Assembly (NCBI GenBank): GCA_944325685.1
Contig: CALVBC010000004.1
Span: 2,535 to 66,534, forward strand
Direction: 5' to 3'
Source of the DNA: an uncultured Erysipelotrichaceae bacterium
GTDB lineage: Bacteria; Bacillota_I; Bacilli_A; Erysipelotrichales; Erysipelotrichaceae
Length of the DNA: 64,000 nucleotides
Every line of letters begins with the position of its first letter. Position 1 is the stretch's first letter. Position numbers and translations under genes: made by a program. Below, piece after piece: positions 60,344 through 64,000 of the stretch. The notes beneath the pieces were generated by a model that saw only the letters and a list, made by a program, of their open reading frames with translations, did no database searches and was not told the DNA's origin.

Positions 60344-60499
60344 ATTCCCTCCAAAGAGCATATTTGCCTATTGATTATACAATATTATCATCTCTTTTGT
60401 CATAGCTAAGTCCTTGCATAAAAGATCATAAATGCACTTATAGCCATCAACCGCTATAATGAACATGTCAAACAGAAAAAACGATCAAAAGCGAGGTGG

Positions 60500-60706
60500 A
60501 TGATGAAGACATTAGATGATCATATGAAGACGCCATATCGTATGGAGATCATAGAAGATGAGGATGAAGGTGGCTATGTCGTATCTTATCCTGATCTTCC
60601 TGGCTGCATCACCTGTGGTGAGACGATAGAAAGCGCGATCGCCAATGCCTTAGATGCCAAAAAGGCATGGATCATAGCGGCATTAGAAGATGGCATCGAT
60701 ATCTAG
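60500..60706 (+). CDS. HicB-like (UPF0150) antitoxin-fold protein, no adjacent HicA
   Basis: 68 aa. ...EDEDEGGYVVSYPDLPGCITCGETIESAIANALDAKKAWI... is the HicB N-domain signature. RBS GAGGTGG. Confidence 0.7.
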   Translation: MMKTLDDHMKTPYRMEIIEDEDEGGYVVSYPDLPGCITCGETIESAIANALDAKKAWIIAALEDGIDI

Positions 60707-60720
60707 ATCAAAGCATAAGA

Positions 60721-60769
60721 AAAGAGCTATGATATGACCTAGTATTAAGTCTTCTTATAGCTCTTTTTT
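60721..60769. terminator. possible bidirectional terminator between convergent genes (long loop)
   Basis: AAAGAGCTAT (60721-60730) pairs with ATAGCTCTTT (60757-60766). T-run on the plus strand and A-run before the stem. Confidence 0.45.
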
Positions 60770-60774
60770 GATAC

Positions 60775-61788
60775 TTATCCTTCGATACTTGAAACTAATG
60801 CATTATAGGCATCCCTTAATGCACTGATCGTCTCTTTATCGCATTCACCTTCACTTGTATCATCGATAAAGTTATAAGCACAGGTGATACTATAACTATC
60901 ATCAACGACATAGCCCTGATCATATTCCCAATCATAGACGATATTATCGGTATAGAGTTGTTTATAGCTGATATTGATATGATAGGTGCCATTATAGTAG
61001 GTACCATCATCTTGTAGGGTATAACCATTACTTTCAAGAACAGCTACATCGTTTTTAGTCAGATCTCTATCGGCATAGATACTGTCATTGGCGGTATCAG
61101 GATCGATAAAGCCTTCCTTTTCTAAGGCTGGGATATCAGTCGCATTAAATGCACTGATATTTAATGTCATATCTAACGCTACCGTACCGACGCCTTCGAT
61201 ATCGGCTGTCGTGATAAAGATGATCGAAGTGATATGATCATCTTTATCGATCTTGAACGTGACATCAGCTGTATCAGCTAAGATGAGGTCTTGATATAAG
61301 CTTATATCACTATCTAAAAACTGTATGATGATATCTTTCACTCCGACATCACGCATATTTAAGATCGTGACTTCATCTTGGACAGAACCTTTGGTATTTT
61401 CCGCTGTGATAATACCACTGAAGTCCATATCGAATTTATCTAAAGCACCTTCTTCTTGATACTTGGTATCACCATCCTGGATATATAAGACACCTTCACT
61501 TTGCCATGTCTTGATATCTGTACCACTCACATCATTTTTGATAGCCTTGTATGCTGCTTCCGTGTCTTTGCCTTGATCTTTGATCATATAGGTCATCGAT
61601 GAAGTGATGACAGTCGTCTCATCTTCATTTTGTGCTTCGATATTAGTATTAGCTTCAATGGTATATGAACTTAAAGCATCCATCGCCGCTTTCGCATCAC
61701 CATAAACACTTACGACATCGATATTAGCTTCACACGCTAATAAGCTAAAGCTCAATAAACCCACTAGTAATAAACGAAAGATCTTCAT
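60775..61788 (-). CDS. hypothetical lipoprotein
   Basis: 337 aa. Signal peptide plus lipobox (LLSFSLLAC-EA). D/T/Y-rich mature part with no catalytic motif recognised. Confidence 0.7.
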   Translation of the reverse strand: MKIFRLLLVGLLSFSLLACEANIDVVSVYGDAKAAMDALSSYTIEANTNIEAQNEDETTVITSSMTYMIKDQGKDTEAAYKAIKNDVSGTDIKTWQSEGVLYIQDGDTKYQEEGALDKFDMDFSGIITAENTKGSVQDEVTILNMRDVGVKDIIIQFLDSDISLYQDLILADTADVTFKIDKDDHITSIIFITTADIEGVGTVALDMTLNISAFNATDIPALEKEGFIDPDTANDSIYADRDLTKNDVAVLESNGYTLQDDGTYYNGTYHINISYKQLYTDNIVYDWEYDQGYVVDDSYSITCAYNFIDDTSEGECDKETISALRDAYNALVSSIEG

Positions 61789-62309
61789 ATACGGTCCTTC
61801 CTTAGATATTCCATCATGACCACATCATGATATTTACCATGTGCGTATCTTTCTTCATGCCAAATACCGCAAGCCTTAAAACCTAATTTCTGATAAAACT
61901 TGATGCCTTTGGTATTATAAGAGAAGGCTTCTAAATGGATACTTCTTTTGTTTAGCTCATCAAAGATATAGTCACTTATTAACTTTATCGCTTCTGTGCC
62001 ATAGCCTTTATTTCTAAACTCACTAGCGATATAGATACCTAGGGTCACAGAATTATCGGTGATATTGAATAGTGATACATGACCCATGAATATATCATCT
62101 TCATTGATGATCGAAAACATATATGGTCCTTCATTCCACTTATTTAATAGATCCCTTACTTTGTCTTCATTAAATAATGATCTATAAAAACCATTTTGAT
62201 ATACAAGGTCTTCATCTTCATTGAGCCATCTTGTCATATAGGGTATTTCATTAGCGATATCAGCTGGTGACAGATATACCTTTTCACCCTTCAACTTCTT
62301 ATAGTACAT
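61785..62309 (-). CDS. GNAT-family N-acetyltransferase
   Basis: 174 aa. Acetyl-CoA motif region IASEFRNKGYGTEAIKLI...FYQKLGF. Confidence 0.8.
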   Translation of the reverse strand: MYYKKLKGEKVYLSPADIANEIPYMTRWLNEDEDLVYQNGFYRSLFNEDKVRDLLNKWNEGPYMFSIINEDDIFMGHVSLFNITDNSVTLGIYIASEFRNKGYGTEAIKLISDYIFDELNKRSIHLEAFSYNTKGIKFYQKLGFKACGIWHEERYAHGKYHDVVMMEYLRKDRI

Positions 62310-62385
62310 AATGTCCTCCCTTAGGTTTATATTATACTTTGTTTTCTTGTGTTTTTCTTAGCTAAGTTATAAAATTGACGACGAT

Positions 62386-63207
62386 ATGGAAAAGTTAGAG
62401 AACATCAAGTTAGTCGTAGCTGATATCGATAATACCTTGGTCAAAAAACACCAACCATTATCACCATTAGCTACCAGTGCGATCAAAGAAATGAACAAGC
62501 GAGGCATCTACTTTGCCTTAGCCAGTGGCCGCTCTGTCGAGCAACTACATGCCCTAGAAGATGATTGGGGGATCAAATGCGAACTGCTTATCGGGATGAA
62601 TGGTTGTGAGATATATGATGGCTTAAATAACACCACTGAGACCTTATACTACATGAAGGCTGATTGGGTAAGACAAGCCTTTGCGATAATGAAGCCTTTT
62701 AGATATAACGCTCATGTGAGGATCGGTGATACCAGTTATATCAGTGCCATCGATGAGAACACCCAAAGCAGTGCCAAATATGTCAAAGGCCAAAATATGA
62801 AGGTGGTCGATGATGAGAGTGAATTCTGGTCTGGTGATACCATCAAGATCGGCTTCAGGGTCCATGCGGAAGATATGCCTGCGATCGAAAAGCGAGTCGC
62901 TGAATTCCCATCTGATGACTTCATCGGTGGTAAGACCGAGTTCACGATGTTTGAATTCTGGAACAAGCAAGCCAATAAAGGCAAGATCTTAGATCTCTTC
63001 TGCAAAAGACATGATATACCACTATCTAGTGTGGTGGCTGTTGGTGACATGACCAATGACATCAGTATGATCGAAGTAGCTGGTATCGGTGTATGCATGC
63101 TAAATGGATCAGATGATACAAAAGCCGTATCGCAGATGATCACCGAAAAGACCTGTGATGAAGATGGCTTTGCCCACTTTATATATGATCATATCCTAAA
63201 CGACTAA
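62386..63207 (+). CDS. Cof-type HAD-IIB phosphatase
   Basis: 273 aa. Motif I ADIDNTLV, ASGRS, motif IV GDMTNDISM. Confidence 0.85.
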   Translation: MEKLENIKLVVADIDNTLVKKHQPLSPLATSAIKEMNKRGIYFALASGRSVEQLHALEDDWGIKCELLIGMNGCEIYDGLNNTTETLYYMKADWVRQAFAIMKPFRYNAHVRIGDTSYISAIDENTQSSAKYVKGQNMKVVDDESEFWSGDTIKIGFRVHAEDMPAIEKRVAEFPSDDFIGGKTEFTMFEFWNKQANKGKILDLFCKRHDIPLSSVVAVGDMTNDISMIEVAGIGVCMLNGSDDTKAVSQMITEKTCDEDGFAHFIYDHILND

Positions 63208-63232
63208 AGGGTCATATATAGATAACTAGCTT

Positions 63233-63264
63233 AAAACTGATGACGTATGCGCATCAGTTTTTTA
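63233..63264. terminator. bidirectional rho-independent terminator between convergent HAD genes
   Basis: AAAACTGATG-(loop)-CATCAGTTTT, flanked by an A-run and a T-run. Confidence 0.75.
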
Positions 63265-63265
63265 A

Positions 63266-64000
63266 TTATCCACTTATCAGACCATGGTGTACCAATGCTT
63301 TATAGATGCCATCGTTTTCCACTGTGTCTGTCACATAGTCAGCATATCTTTTGACATGATCATCACCATTGCCCATGACGACACTAGTACCGACATATTT
63401 GAGCATATCGATATCGTTTTCCGCATCGCCAAAAGCCATGATATCCTTAGGATCTAAGTGATAGATATCTAAGATATGCCTGATACCTTCGACCTTACCT
63501 TCATTTGTGATAAGATCGATACAGTTATTATGCCACCACATAAACCTGATGCCTTTAGGAAAGATCTTTTGGTAGCTATCATCTTCATCAGCGTATTTAT
63601 AGGTACAAGCTTGATATAACTTAGCCCCTTTATATTCACCGATATCTGGGATACTTGTCCCTAACATACCATAAGCATCGATGACCCTTTGATCGATGAA
63701 ATTATGATACATCCGATCCTTCTCCACAAACATCAACGGTATTGTCTTATCATTGAACAGTTTTACTAGACCGTCTTTGATATCACCGCCTATGGCAAGA
63801 TCAAAGATGATCTCTTTATCTTTATTTAGACATATCTCACCATTAGTGGTGACATATCCATCAAAAGGGATATCCCAAGGATCCATCTCTTCTAGTTCTA
63901 ATATATGTCTTCCCGTCGCCATAAAACACAAGATGCCATTATCTTGAAGCTTATTTATGGCAACTCTTGCGCTTTTAGGGACTTTGTGATCGGTCATCGT
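63266..64000 (-). CDS. Cof-type HAD-IIB phosphatase, N-terminus probably beyond the right edge
   Basis: ORF track gives 63266..63997. The frame stays open to 64000 and the DxDGT motif I is missing, so the real start is probably off-window. Present: ATGRH and motif IV GDAENDIDM. Confidence 0.75.
   Translation of the reverse strand, partial: TMTDHKVPKSARVAINKLQDNGILCFMATGRHILELEEMDPWDIPFDGYVTTNGEICLNKDKEIIFDLAIGGDIKDGLVKLFNDKTIPLMFVEKDRMYHNFIDQRVIDAYGMLGTSIPDIGEYKGAKLYQACTYKYADEDDSYQKIFPKGIRFMWWHNNCIDLITNEGKVEGIRHILDIYHLDPKDIMAFGDAENDIDMLKYVGTSVVMGNGDDHVKRYADYVTDTVENDGIYKALVHHGLISG

Noticed and set aside
60344-60499. T-box upstream of metG
   Set aside because: The region is too short. It has no AGAGA or GGUGNAA blocks and no T-box 14-mer. 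It contains only promoter-like elements, including an extended -10 TGTATAAT.

Overview
The window looks like chromosomal DNA from a low-GC Bacillota (Firmicutes) organism. Gene content resembles Erysipelotrichia or Lactobacillales, but that cannot be confirmed without a database search. It is densely coding and mostly housekeeping or nutrient scavenging.

Layout:
- 1-13.1 kb (minus): one long peptide-utilisation operon. It holds an Opp/Dpp-type ABC importer, three M24 aminopeptidase paralogues, an S9 peptidase and PepD, with gmk embedded.
- 13.2-15.1 kb: an orphan small serine recombinase, a membrane-anchored GH25 muramidase and a small membrane protein.
- 16.1-18.8 kb: metNIQ behind a Met-specific T-box.
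- 18.9-21.5 kb: smpB, rnr and secG.
- 21.6-22.4 kb: FMN riboswitch and ribU.
- 23.0-28.1 kb: a dedicated ECF transporter operon ending in two tandem SAM-hydrolase (DUF62) paralogues and a trailing micro-ORF.
- 28.2-29.2 kb: a decayed gene.
- 29.2-31.0 kb: nagA and deoC.
- 31.2-37.6 kb: the complete atpIBEFHAGDC operon.
- 37.8-41.5 kb: an SDR-SDR-MFS-SDR operon.
- 41.5-43.6 kb: a GltD-like Fe-S flavoprotein translationally coupled to NAD kinase.
- 43.7-64.0 kb: a MATE exporter, yabO-mfd-pth, pyrG, metG, several Cof-type HAD phosphatases and a second NagA-like gene.

No rRNA, tRNA, CRISPR array or transposase was recognised.

Most notable observations:
- The ECF plus double-DUF62 operon, with its homopolymer-dependent micro-ORF.
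- A ~2 kb islet encoding a Schlafen/AlbA_2-type ATPase-HTH protein, bracketed by perfect 44-bp direct repeats.
- A gene-free convergent spacer carrying two helically phased short-repeat arrays.
- A strong window-wide excess of GATC and CGATCG.

All functional calls come from motif recognition by eye. No searches were run.
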